From positions 1-64,000 of the IMG/VR virus record IMGVR_UViG_3300020049_002596: a DNA stretch of 64,000 nt; one strand, 5' to 3'. Shown here piece by piece: positions 9,805 through 19,123 of this stretch. A program made the position numbers and the translations under genes. Within the stretch, counting starts at the first letter, position 1. Each line of letters starts with the position of its first letter. The stretch is from a virus. Its lineage: Duplodnaviria; Caudoviricetes. The notes under the pieces were generated by a model. It did no database searches. It saw only the letters and a program-made list of their open reading frames with translations, and had not been told where the DNA came from.

Positions 9805-10951
9805 TTTCTAAGAATTTATTAATCATTGAACTAATAGTTGAAATAGACAATCTGATTTCAGGGTATTGTAAAACCATGTCTTCTAACAAGTCTGTAACTT
9901 CATGAGTGTACTGAACAAAATCAACAGAAGATGCTTTTGGAAAATGTTTAGCAAAAGTAGGGGCATAATCATTGATTACACTTTTAGCTATCTCTTGAGG
10001 GCTAAGGTTATACTCAGCTAAATCATCTAGCACATCTTCTAGGTATTGTTCTTCATCTTGAGGTCCTGTGGCATAAGTAAACAAACTTTTTGCAAACTCA
10101 TAGATCTCAATTGCATGTAAGTCAACATCTTGCAAGTCTTCAAAGTCTGTAAACAGAGCTTGAGCAGGTTCTTGCCAATCATCAAACCATCTTTTGATAG
10201 GTTTTTCAGGTTGTGGAGTAGTAGTGGTTCTAGACCAACCTTGTCCTGCAGTCCCTGTGTGGTTTGCACCCCAACCTCCTTGATTAACAACATTACTGGG
10301 TTTCACAGGTTTAGGCTCCATAATCTTAGCTACTTGAGCTGCAAATGATTCAGAAACTACCTCTTGAACTAGAGGAGTAATCATCTCACAGTCATAGATA
10401 AACAACTTTTGAGTGTTAACTTCAAAGTCTTGTTTTTCAATAACATAATCATGGCCTTGTACATTTTTAGCTGTATAAGGAACCTGTTTAATATCTCTTT
10501 TAGCTTCTCCTATAAAAGCAACTTTAGCTAGGAAGTCCATAGCATTATTTACAATTAAAGATAAGTAAAAGTTATGTGCTGGAGCATTATCATTTAGCTC
10601 AGCCATGTCTGTACCTGAAAAGAAAACTGCCATACTGTTATGACTATGGATATGACCTAGTTTCCAAGTGCATCTTTCTTCAAAATCTTCTTCAATAAAA
10701 TCCATAAATCTATCATCAAGACTATACTCAGTGTAAGCTTGAGAACCCATATCTAATGGAAGGATTGTTTTTAAAGTTATTTTGAAAGTTTCAGGATTTT
10801 CAATACTACCTTCAGTAGTATAAAATAAAGCACCTGACCACTCTACTTTTGATATCTTTTTACAAAGATACTGTATCTGATGTAACACCTCTTTGGGCAT
10901 TGTTACTGGTATGATAGAGCCTAGCTGCACTCTTGACAACTGCTTTCTCAT
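9773..10951 (-). CDS. JAB/MPN+ metallo-isopeptidase
   Basis: EWSG plus exact JAMM motif HSH-x7-S-x2-D (HSHNSMAVFFSGTD); start taken at MRKQL 10951, the track starts at 10981. Confidence 0.88.
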   Translation of the reverse strand: MRKQLSRVQLGSIIPVTMPKEVLHQIQYLCKKISKVEWSGALFYTTEGSIENPETFKITLKTILPLDMGSQAYTEYSLDDRFMDFIEEDFEERCTWKLGHIHSHNSMAVFFSGTDMAELNDNAPAHNFYLSLIVNNAMDFLAKVAFIGEAKRDIKQVPYTAKNVQGHDYVIEKQDFEVNTQKLFIYDCEMITPLVQEVVSESFAAQVAKIMEPKPVKPSNVVNQGGWGANHTGTAGQGWSRTTTTPQPEKPIKRWFDDWQEPAQALFTDFEDLQDVDLHAIEIYEFAKSLFTYATGPQDEEQYLEDVLDDLAEYNLSPQEIAKSVINDYAPTFAKHFPKASSVDFVQYTHEVTDLLEDMVLQYPEIRLSISTISSMINKFLENEARKQQPAK

Positions 10952-12053
10952 AGATTCTTGACTCAAGTTCTCTAATGACATAATCTAAAAAATTAGGATA
11001 AATAATATGATCTTCTATTGATACAGGTTTTGATAACCTAGTATCTTCTTTAATAATTTTAGGGTAAAGTTTTCTACCTCTAAAAAGTGTGTAATCTTCT
11101 GTGGCCTGGATTTTAACTCCAACAGTGCCAACAGCATTTTCAGCTTTCATTTGTAGAAAGTGATTATAAGTATTTGGTACTCTACTTACAAGAATAGTTT
11201 GATATTCACTAAAAGTTAAGCAAGTTAAAGCTACTCTTTTAATAAATTCAGATGCTCTGACATTAGGGTGTATTTTATAAAGACCTTCTGATATGTAAAA
11301 ATCTACATCTAAAGGAATTTTTTGGTCCATAATTGTCTTTAAAATTTTGTTAGCATATCTTGAGTTTATACTACTAACTCTAACAGAGTCAGCATTTTTA
11401 ACTGTTTCCATTCTAATAAAAGGTACCCCTTCTAAAGATTCCCAAGTAATCATACTATCTACACAGAATAAGAATAGTTCATATCTATCCATATCCATAT
11501 CTACACTAAATTCAGCCATCATTCTGCTCACATCAGTGTCTCCACCAACACAGAAATAGCTACAATACAAAGGCTCTAATTGCCAACCTCTGTGAGTACC
11601 TAAATGACTTTGTTGATACCCTGAAAGAATTTCTAATTTTGTTTTAGACAATCTTCCACCCTCTAATTTAGAAGGATAAAGTGCTTCTCCATTCCATTTA
11701 AATAAATGAATTACAAATAGATCTTTTATCTCATGAGTTTTTCCTTGACTATTAGTAATAATGTACTTAGGATAAAAAACTTTAAAGTAAGGTATAAATT
11801 CTATTCCATTATAAAAGAAGTCTAAGTCAGCTTGATCTTTGTATTTAGCTTCAAACAAATCTAATATTGCAAAGAAGTCTTCAGATAATTTAGTGACATC
11901 ACTAATACCTTCAGCTCCTTCAAAAACAATATGAAATTTTTCAATCAGCTTTTTTAAGAACTTCTTGTTCTTATGTTGACTGGTTAAAACAGCATTATGG
12001 AGGATTCTAGCAATATTGCCACCTCCTGTATTAGCTTTTATTGATCTTGACAT
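10860..12053 (-). CDS. Putative prokaryotic E2-like conjugating protein
   Basis: SHLG...YFCVGG resembles the E2 His...Cys-x-Gly signature; lies between the Ubl and JAB genes. Confidence 0.55.
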   Translation of the reverse strand: MSRSIKANTGGGNIARILHNAVLTSQHKNKKFLKKLIEKFHIVFEGAEGISDVTKLSEDFFAILDLFEAKYKDQADLDFFYNGIEFIPYFKVFYPKYIITNSQGKTHEIKDLFVIHLFKWNGEALYPSKLEGGRLSKTKLEILSGYQQSHLGTHRGWQLEPLYCSYFCVGGDTDVSRMMAEFSVDMDMDRYELFLFCVDSMITWESLEGVPFIRMETVKNADSVRVSSINSRYANKILKTIMDQKIPLDVDFYISEGLYKIHPNVRASEFIKRVALTCLTFSEYQTILVSRVPNTYNHFLQMKAENAVGTVGVKIQATEDYTLFRGRKLYPKIIKEDTRLSKPVSIEDHIIYPNFLDYVIRELESRIYEKAVVKSAARLYHTSNNAQRGVTSDTVSL

Positions 12054-12056
12054 AAT

Positions 12057-12095
12057 AAAAAAATTAAAGGGCTTACATTAAATAAGCCCTTAATT
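12057..12095 (-). terminator. Intrinsic terminator after the Ubl gene
   Basis: AGGGCTTA/TAAGCCCT stem (12068-12090) followed by a T-run on the minus strand. Confidence 0.7.
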
Positions 12096-12099
12096 AATA

Positions 12100-12762
12100 C
12101 TAGTAACCTAATTCTCTAGCTTCTTTAGCTAAGTCACTTTCTTCAGAGTCAGAGTCAGAAAAACTAACTTCTTGTAAAAGTCTGTTCAAGTGCTTGTTAG
12201 CTTTGTAGTGAGAATCATAGCTATCCAAAGAAGAGATTAAGGCAATAGCCTCTTCTACTTTCTCAACATCAGTCAAGTCAGTATCATCTACTGCTGGAAG
12301 AGTTCCAACAACTTCTCTAACTGATTCATTCACACTTCTGCTGTTAGCAGTAGTAGCTTTAACACAATACTTAGCAACTAAGTCTTGTACTGTTGCAGTA
12401 GGTAACTGAGTTACATTTCTACCATTGATGCTAAACTTAGCCTTGTCTTCAGGATGGTTTAACAAATGTACTTTGATTGCAGCAAAACATTCTTTTCTGT
12501 CAAGAGCACCTGACTTAGTTTGTTTTGGTCTTAAGAACAATCTGAAAGCAGATGTTGGTAACACAGCTAAATCATTTACTAAGTCTGTCTTAGTAATGTT
12601 CTCAGCTGCTAATAATGATGACAAATCAAACCCTGCATTTCTTACAAGAGGTTGTAATTCTCCCCAAGTAGTTACATCAGTAGTTATTTTTTGCATTTGG
12701 CCACCTCTTGTGGCATAAATTGTGATCTCTCTAGAGATACCTGGAGCTTGTACTTCACTCAT
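12100..12762 (-). CDS. Putative ubiquitin-like (beta-grasp) precursor with C-terminal extension
   Basis: Residues ~11-85 show a beta-beta-alpha (TTWGELQPLV)-beta pattern ending FRLFLRPKQTKSG85, followed by a helical domain; first gene of the E2/JAB/E1 cluster. Confidence 0.55.
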   Translation of the reverse strand: MSEVQAPGISREITIYATRGGQMQKITTDVTTWGELQPLVRNAGFDLSSLLAAENITKTDLVNDLAVLPTSAFRLFLRPKQTKSGALDRKECFAAIKVHLLNHPEDKAKFSINGRNVTQLPTATVQDLVAKYCVKATTANSRSVNESVREVVGTLPAVDDTDLTDVEKVEEAIALISSLDSYDSHYKANKHLNRLLQEVSFSDSDSEESDLAKEARELGY

Positions 12763-12773
12763 GGTTTTAAATT

Positions 12774-13307
12774 TTAAAGATTAATTAATTCTTTTTGTCC
12801 TTTCTTTTTCAAGAGGATGTTTATGTGTTTAAGGTTGATATACAATCCTTTGAACACATAATTATAATCTACATTTATAGGAATTTGATGAATTGTTTCA
12901 TCATCATAATTGATCACATTAAATATGGTCTTAGCAGGTAGATTAGCTGTATAACCCTGTGATTTTGTTGTTGGCAATAGCCAAATGCAAGGATTACTCC
13001 TCGCAATAAAATAGATAACTTTCTTAATGAATGAAGCCCAATACTCACTATGGTCTGCATTAGCCCCATAAGTTAGAGACATTCTCAGAAAAAATAGGCC
13101 TTCTTGTACTATAGGAGAAGCTTCTTCTCTAGCTATTAGCACAACCTTAATTTCTGATACAGGCATAGAAAAAACCCTGAATACTTCATCAGCTTCAGGG
13201 TAATATTTTTCTTGGGGTAATATTTCATTCTTGAAATGAAGGAAAGCATCTGTGTTAAACTCACTCAGGAGTGGCCTCCAAGAGTAATGAATTAAACTAA
13301 AATTCAT
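12774..13307 (-). CDS. Degenerate uracil-DNA glycosylase (family 1) homolog
   Basis: HYSW...YP...VFRVF...IKVVL matches the UNG N-terminus, but GQDPY and HPSP are absent. Confidence 0.6.
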   Translation of the reverse strand: MNFSLIHYSWRPLLSEFNTDAFLHFKNEILPQEKYYPEADEVFRVFSMPVSEIKVVLIAREEASPIVQEGLFFLRMSLTYGANADHSEYWASFIKKVIYFIARSNPCIWLLPTTKSQGYTANLPAKTIFNVINYDDETIHQIPINVDYNYVFKGLYINLKHINILLKKKGQKELINL

Positions 13308-14332
13308 TCTGTAAAATCTTTTAAAAATTGATTAAATAAAGATTTGTCTTTAGCTATACAATCAGATGGGTCTTTTATACCCTGTTCTAAGCTTCTTTCA
13401 GGAAGCCAAAGATTTCTTGCTTTACCTGGAATAAGGTTGTTGATGTGGTTTTTGACTTTCTCAGAGGCTATTATACCAGGTTGATCATTATCAAACCATA
13501 CAAGTACACTAACAAAAGGTTTAATTAGCAGGTTTAAAGTTTCCTCACTAGGTATCATACCTTCATTTTGAAACCAAACCACATTTTTACCATTATTCTT
13601 CAGTACTCTATAATCCTTATAAGACTTAGCAATGATTAATTCTTTACCAGAATGTAACAGAGAATTGATGCCACCTACATCATTTTTGGTACAATTGGTC
13701 AAGAATCTTCTTTTGCCTTCCCTCATAGGGAAATAGATTTTCTTCCTAGATTCAGGGAAATCATTGTAACTGTATGCAATATCTTTGCAATCAATTATGT
13801 GACTTCCTGATTTGGTGTTCAAAGCAAATAACTTTTGAACAGGAAAAACCCTGTCTTCAACTAGATGTTTCTTTCTAATCTCATATTGAGACCAAAATTG
13901 AGCATCTGCAGCATTAAACAGTCTTGCTTCAATTAGTAATTTAACCTTTTCTTTGACTATCTTTTTAGTCTCTTCCTGATTTTTAATAGGCTCTAGACCA
14001 GTCTTCCCTTGTATAAGAGTTTTGTGGATATATTCTAGAGTCAAGTAGAAATTTGGGAATTTGAAAAAGTCTTGTACCATATTGAAACAATCACTATGGG
14101 TTCTGCTATGAGCAAAATCAATAAAATAAAGAACTCCATTAGTATGGTAACTAAACCAACATCCTGCAGTTCTATCATATCTTAAAGGAGATACTACATA
14201 GTCAAACTCTTGCGGAATATAATTGAACACTAACGCAAATATTTCTTCTTGAGTGACTAAACTAAGAATGCTTTCCTTGCAAATAAAACCTCTTCTATTT
14301 AAGTTATCTGAATTATAGTGATATGTGCTCAT
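13304..14332 (-). CDS. DNA primase (TOPRIM)
   Basis: SPLRYD N-terminal domain, KSYKD, FDNDQPG, KDPSD. Confidence 0.85.
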   Translation of the reverse strand: MSTYHYNSDNLNRRGFICKESILSLVTQEEIFALVFNYIPQEFDYVVSPLRYDRTAGCWFSYHTNGVLYFIDFAHSRTHSDCFNMVQDFFKFPNFYLTLEYIHKTLIQGKTGLEPIKNQEETKKIVKEKVKLLIEARLFNAADAQFWSQYEIRKKHLVEDRVFPVQKLFALNTKSGSHIIDCKDIAYSYNDFPESRKKIYFPMREGKRRFLTNCTKNDVGGINSLLHSGKELIIAKSYKDYRVLKNNGKNVVWFQNEGMIPSEETLNLLIKPFVSVLVWFDNDQPGIIASEKVKNHINNLIPGKARNLWLPERSLEQGIKDPSDCIAKDKSLFNQFLKDFTE

Positions 14333-14360
14333 ATAAAAGAGGTTAAATTTTAATTAATTA

Positions 14361-15143
14361 TTACCAGTTTCCACCAGGTTTACCAGCTATAGCACCAGCA
14401 GGTGCAGCAGCCATAGCTCCTCCTGTTGATGGAGCTCCACCAAGAACTTGTTGAGTACCTTTGTTACCTGTCATGAAGTTAGCATCTCTTTCAAAAGGAT
14501 GTTTCTGTCCATTAGAGTTTTTGTAACAAAGAGAGTTGTCTTCAGCTCTTTCCTCAACCCATACTCCAGGTTGTGCAGGTACAATAAAGTAACCACCTTT
14601 CATATTCTTAGGTAAAGTTGGATAAGTCTTATCATTAAGACCACCATCTTGTTTTTTACCAAAATTCCATTGGTATTCTAAGAATAAATCAAGAGGTCTT
14701 TTGTCATACCCAATAGGTAATAAAGAACAAACTCTTGCAGCATAATCAGCAAAGCTCATTACAGGAGTTGCAAATGCAGCTCTCAAAGAATCTTCAGTTA
14801 CACCTACTGCTTTCAAGTAGTGAGTTACTGTAGCATTTTGTTGAACCATCAAAGTGTTGAATCCAGCAATATACTCAGCAGAAGTCTTGTCTGTAATTTC
14901 AGTGTTGTTTTTATCAACAACTCTATCTACAGGGTTTAACCACTCTTTGTAAGATCTCTCTCCAACTTTTACTTCAATCTCAATAGCTTCTCTAGCAGGT
15001 TGACCTTCTTTGGCAACATTTGGAGAGTAAGCAAATTTTGCTAATGTAGCAACACCAAAGTTTCCACCAAATTTAGCTCCACCTTTAGTTTTTAATGATT
15101 CATCTGAATCTGATACAAATCCGTATCCTAATACTTGTGACAT
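14361..15143 (-). CDS. Hypothetical replication protein (possible SSB)
   Basis: Between the AAA ATPase and primase; flexible Gly/Ala tail ending in W. Confidence 0.45.
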   Translation of the reverse strand: MSQVLGYGFVSDSDESLKTKGGAKFGGNFGVATLAKFAYSPNVAKEGQPAREAIEIEVKVGERSYKEWLNPVDRVVDKNNTEITDKTSAEYIAGFNTLMVQQNATVTHYLKAVGVTEDSLRAAFATPVMSFADYAARVCSLLPIGYDKRPLDLFLEYQWNFGKKQDGGLNDKTYPTLPKNMKGGYFIVPAQPGVWVEERAEDNSLCYKNSNGQKHPFERDANFMTGNKGTQQVLGGAPSTGGAMAAAPAGAIAGKPGGNW

Positions 15144-15174
15144 AATAAGTCTTTTTTAATAATTAAACAATTTT

Positions 15175-15537
15175 TTAGTTCCAATCTGAAGTGTCAGTTG
15201 AAGTTGATTCTGCAGCAAAAGCTTGTACAGCTTCAGGTGCAGGTACATGTGCTACTTCTTGAGTAACAGCATCAGTAATCTGATCATTTACTTCAGCAAC
15301 ATCATTGATGTCTTCAGTATCATCCTCAAGCTCAATACCTGTGTATTGTTTCTTAGCTTTTCTGTTTTTCAACTTAGGATGACCCCAAACCATCTTGTTC
15401 ATATCTGACTGAGTTCTGCCATAGTGTTCAGCAATTTCTTTTCTGCTTTTACCTTGGGCTAACAAACCTAAAACATCACTTACTGTGATTCTTAATACTT
15501 CTACTGGAGCTGTTTGAACAGCATTCTCTTGTGACAT
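15175..15537 (-). CDS. HTH-like protein with acidic tail
   Basis: LAQGKSRKEIAEHYG. Confidence 0.55.
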   Translation of the reverse strand: MSQENAVQTAPVEVLRITVSDVLGLLAQGKSRKEIAEHYGRTQSDMNKMVWGHPKLKNRKAKKQYTGIELEDDTEDINDVAEVNDQITDAVTQEVAHVPAPEAVQAFAAESTSTDTSDWN

Positions 15538-15557
15538 AATGTATGAATTTAAATTAT

Positions 15558-15788
15558 TTATGAATTTGCTTTGGGTTTTCTTGGCTTATAAACCCTCTTT
15601 TTCTTGATAGGTTTAGGCTCTTCTACAGGTAGAATTTCCACAGCTGTAGGTTCTTCTTTGACTTCTTTTACCTCTTCTGAAGAATTGCCTCTTACTAATG
15701 CCAAAGCAACAATAGCAACAACACAACCCCCAATAAAAGAAAGGCCTAATAACAATAGATTATCCATAGTATTCTGCAATTTTATCAA
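15558..15788 (-). CDS. Small membrane protein with basic tail
   Basis: One TM segment, KKKRVYKPRKPK. Confidence 0.55.
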   Translation of the reverse strand: MIKLQNTMDNLLLLGLSFIGGCVVAIVALALVRGNSSEEVKEVKEEPTAVEILPVEEPKPIKKKRVYKPRKPKANS

Positions 15789-16470
15789 CTACATATCCTA
15801 AATCATTAGGAATGAATTGTTTGTCAAACATACCCACTGGAGATTTTGCAGATGAATACATCTCATTCTCATTAGTTAAGAATTCTTTAACAGCTTTCTT
15901 TTCAGTAGCATCATATCTACTAATACCAATAAGAGTAACATCTACTTTACCCTCTACAGTTAAATACTCATCTACCATCTTACCTGTAGCTTTGTATTTC
16001 ATGTAGATTCTACCATCAGGTCCAGGAGTACTATCTCCATGAGCCAAAATGATAACATTTTTACCTGCAGCATCTAATTTCTCTATGGCATCAAAGATTT
16101 TACCCATAAAGTAACCAATTTGCTTAGGTGCATCCCAACCTTTAGCCAAGGCATTAGCCATGTACCAATTTTGCATTACATAGTTTGAATCATCCCATAC
16201 AATGTTCTTGAATGGACTGTTCACTAAGTTTAAGAATATAGCTTCTATATCTTTTGCATTATCAGTAATAACTCTTCTCCCTGTTTTTAAGTCAGGCATT
16301 GTAGTAATTGGGTATGCTGAACCACTTCCTCTAAAAGGTAGAGGCTTTGAAGTAACTGATATTAAATAAGTTTCTTCAGGAACAAGTCCTTTAATACCTA
16401 ATTCAGGTATCTGTCCAATACTTGTGGACTTTCCAAATCCTGACGGAGCCAGGACTAAAATTTTTGGCAT
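15760..16470 (-). CDS. AAA_24/Sak4-like P-loop ATPase
   Basis: Walker A APSGFGKST, IVWDD, LAH, AKSP. Confidence 0.8.
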   Translation of the reverse strand: MPKILVLAPSGFGKSTSIGQIPELGIKGLVPEETYLISVTSKPLPFRGSGSAYPITTMPDLKTGRRVITDNAKDIEAIFLNLVNSPFKNIVWDDSNYVMQNWYMANALAKGWDAPKQIGYFMGKIFDAIEKLDAAGKNVIILAHGDSTPGPDGRIYMKYKATGKMVDEYLTVEGKVDVTLIGISRYDATEKKAVKEFLTNENEMYSSAKSPVGMFDKQFIPNDLGYVVDKIAEYYG

Positions 16471-16494
16471 AATGTAATTTTTTAATTAATCATT

Positions 16495-17046
16495 TTACGA
16501 ATTGCAATAAGTAACTTTAAATCCTTTACAAGTTTTTTGTTTTCCTCTTAACACTCTTTTTACATTAGACAAGTCTGCTTTAATGTCTTTTGAACATTTT
16601 GTAATACTATCATAAGTCTTTATGTATTCTCCTGAAGCTGTATAAAGATTTACTTTTTTTTCACAATTATTACTTAATCCTTCCTTGTATCTTTTCTTTA
16701 AAGAATTAGATATTTGAAGCTTTGTCTCTAATGAAAAATCTCTTCTTTCTACTTGCAACATAAGATTATAAAAAGGATTATACAAATCTATATAGTGTTG
16801 TTCCAATCTAGTTAAATCTTCTTTTGAAGAAAGTTGGACTACATAAAAAATAAAATCTTTTTCATTGTGTTTATTATAAGAGTTTTGCAACTTCTTATTA
16901 GGATGGCTATTACCTCTCAACTGGGCTCTGTGTTTAAGGCCTCTTTGATAAATATTAGTTGAACTACCTATGTACCTTTTACCAGTTAACGTGTTTTGAA
17001 GACAGTAAATACCTATTAGTGTCTTTAGTTGTGTATCTATTTTCAT
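16495..17046 (-). mobile_element. Free-standing GIY-YIG homing endonuclease with NUMOD-like C-terminus
   Basis: GIY...YIGSS..R..H, HPNKKLQNSYNKH, E...YN; likely start MKIDTQ at 17046; own TATCTTTG promoter at 17051-17058. Confidence 0.88.
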
Positions 17047-17077
17047 AACACAAAGATACACAATTTTTAGAAAATAA

Positions 17078-17110
17078 CCCACTTGGGGCAAGAACTAAAA
17101 TCTTAGCCAT
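17078..17110 (-). pseudogene. Orphaned original 5' end of the AAA ATPase gene (MAKILVLAPSG)
   Basis: Matches the current start MPKILVLAPSG (16470-16438) at 10 of 11 residues but with different codons. Confidence 0.85.
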
Positions 17111-17119
17111 ACTTTTTCT

Positions 17120-18382
17120 TTAAATAGTTAAAGGTTCAAATTTCTTTATGTCCCCATACATGTTTACTCTAAAGTGTTGAGGACAAACACTGTGTCTAGA
17201 TTCTACTAAATGTATGGTTCTCATATTTGGATATAAAAGAGATTTATCAGGTCTTCTAATTGCAGTACCAAAATGCTTAGTAAGATTAAACTTATCATCA
17301 TTTGGGTTAAACATTGTGAAGATATAATTACTATCCTCACTTAAATTACCTGTCTCTTTAATATCATCAGACTGTGGAAACAATCTGTCATCATCATACT
17401 GCCTTCTTCCAATGTCACTCAATGCTCTATTAAGGTGGATAATATGAACAAATGTAAAATTGCAAGTGTTTCTAAACTCTACAGCATATTCTGAGAATTT
17501 ATCTACAGTTTCTTTCATCTTGAAACCTCTTTCAGGTAGTAGCTTTCTTAAGTGGTCAGTTATTACAATGACATACTTAGCAGGATTGTTAGGTTTATAA
17601 CCTATCATCCTGTTAAATGTTTGTCCATCTTTGACTGTAGTTCTATACAAGAACTCACCATTTTCTTTAGCATAACTTAAAAGATAGTTTCTGACTCCAG
17701 TAGGGTTATCCTTGATTTCCAAGAATTTAATCAACCCTTTAGAAACTTTTTCCCCTTTTTCATTATATTCTCCAAGTAAAGGAATTACTCTAGACCTATA
17801 GATAACCTTTATTTTAGAAACAAGGTCTTCAGGTACTTTGATAATTTCTTTGGGAGAGTCTGGGGTTGCAGTATCATATTCTAACTCGCCTTTCAAAAAG
17901 GCAGAAGATAAAGATACAACATTTTTTCCTTTGTACAACTTTCCAGGGGGTAAATTTATCAAATATATACCATAATCTGCATTGAGAAAATGGGCTACAA
18001 AATCAAATTCTTTACTTACTCTGTCAATCTCAAAAGAGTTGTAGATAAACTCAACATCAAGCATCTCACCATTTAACCTCTCATACTCATTGTTAAGAGT
18101 AGTCCTAGTTTCAGGGTCAGATGTTGTTTCAAGTCTAGTAGCAAGAGCTTCTAAAGAAGCCCTAATTTTGGCATTATGGTCCAATACATAGACAGCAGGT
18201 TCTATACAAAAACCTACATCTACAAAAGTTGACTTCCCTCCCTTTGGGGCAGCTCCAACAGTGTAGATTCTTCCTCTTTGGATACCATTAATTGCCTGTG
18301 AGATAGTCTTCAAACCTTCCCCCATAGGAAGGCCTTTATTACTACCTTTTTGGCCTGCTTCAAATGCTGCTCTAAAATTCAT
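17120..18382 (-). CDS. DnaB-like replicative helicase
   Basis: GAAPKGGKST, ITDH, HLNR, DIKETGNLSED. Confidence 0.85.
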   Translation of the reverse strand: MNFRAAFEAGQKGSNKGLPMGEGLKTISQAINGIQRGRIYTVGAAPKGGKSTFVDVGFCIEPAVYVLDHNAKIRASLEALATRLETTSDPETRTTLNNEYERLNGEMLDVEFIYNSFEIDRVSKEFDFVAHFLNADYGIYLINLPPGKLYKGKNVVSLSSAFLKGELEYDTATPDSPKEIIKVPEDLVSKIKVIYRSRVIPLLGEYNEKGEKVSKGLIKFLEIKDNPTGVRNYLLSYAKENGEFLYRTTVKDGQTFNRMIGYKPNNPAKYVIVITDHLRKLLPERGFKMKETVDKFSEYAVEFRNTCNFTFVHIIHLNRALSDIGRRQYDDDRLFPQSDDIKETGNLSEDSNYIFTMFNPNDDKFNLTKHFGTAIRRPDKSLLYPNMRTIHLVESRHSVCPQHFRVNMYGDIKKFEPLTI

Positions 18383-18924
18383 TATTGCATTCTTGAAGTT
18401 ATGTCAACACTATCATTAGTTGAGGTATCAGATATAGCTTCTCTATATTTCTCTACCCAACCTTCAAGTGCTGAAGTTCTGTCTCTACCTACACCTTTAC
18501 TTATAAAGTAGTGAGATGAGGTTAAATATTCAGCACTACTAAGAGTTCTGAAATACATTTTAGTTGCTCCAATAACATCTTCTTTTCTTACATCAGGATT
18601 GTCAGCAAAAAATGCTTTCATTCTGGTAATACAATCTTTGTCTGGTGCCTTTCTTTTCTTGTTGACATTACCAAACTCTGCATTCCATTCTTTAACCCAA
18701 TCCCATTTGGTTTGGCTTTCTCCTTCAAATAAAGGAATATGCCAAATAACTTCTCTGTTAGCATCAATACCTAGAATGTTTGTAACATTCATTCTTTGAA
18801 CTAGAAGAGTAGGAGTATAAGAAGGTCTGCAATTAAAGAAGATAGATAAAAGATAAGCTACACCATCTTCTACAGGTATCCCATATTGAGATAATACTGT
18901 TCTAATCTGAGGATTTATTTTCAT
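18382..18924 (-). CDS. Hypothetical replication-associated protein
   Basis: Coupled to the helicase gene; likely start MKINPQ. Confidence 0.6.
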   Translation of the reverse strand: MKINPQIRTVLSQYGIPVEDGVAYLLSIFFNCRPSYTPTLLVQRMNVTNILGIDANREVIWHIPLFEGESQTKWDWVKEWNAEFGNVNKKRKAPDKDCITRMKAFFADNPDVRKEDVIGATKMYFRTLSSAEYLTSSHYFISKGVGRDRTSALEGWVEKYREAISDTSTNDSVDITSRMQ

Positions 18925-19123
18925 CTTTTTCAATTTTTTTAACAATGAATTCAACAATCTCTTTAACTTCTTCTAAAGTAAAGGTCTTGTCAAAACTATT
19001 AATTACCATGTGTCTGTCTATTGTACAGATAGCTCCAGGATTTTTCAATGCTCTGATTGTATCTATATCTACAGGTCTAATTTTACCTTTACCTAAGTAT
19101 TGGTAATAACTTAATAAGCTCAT
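18902..19123 (-). CDS. Hypothetical protein
   Basis: ORF in operon. Confidence 0.55.
   Translation of the reverse strand: MSLLSYYQYLGKGKIRPVDIDTIRALKNPGAICTIDRHMVINSFDKTFTLEEVKEIVEFIVKKIEKDENKSSD

Noticed and set aside
16471-17077. Group I intron around the GIY-YIG gene
   Set aside because: Only ~25-30 nt flank the ORF, leaving no room for a ribozyme core, and the downstream gene has its own complete start
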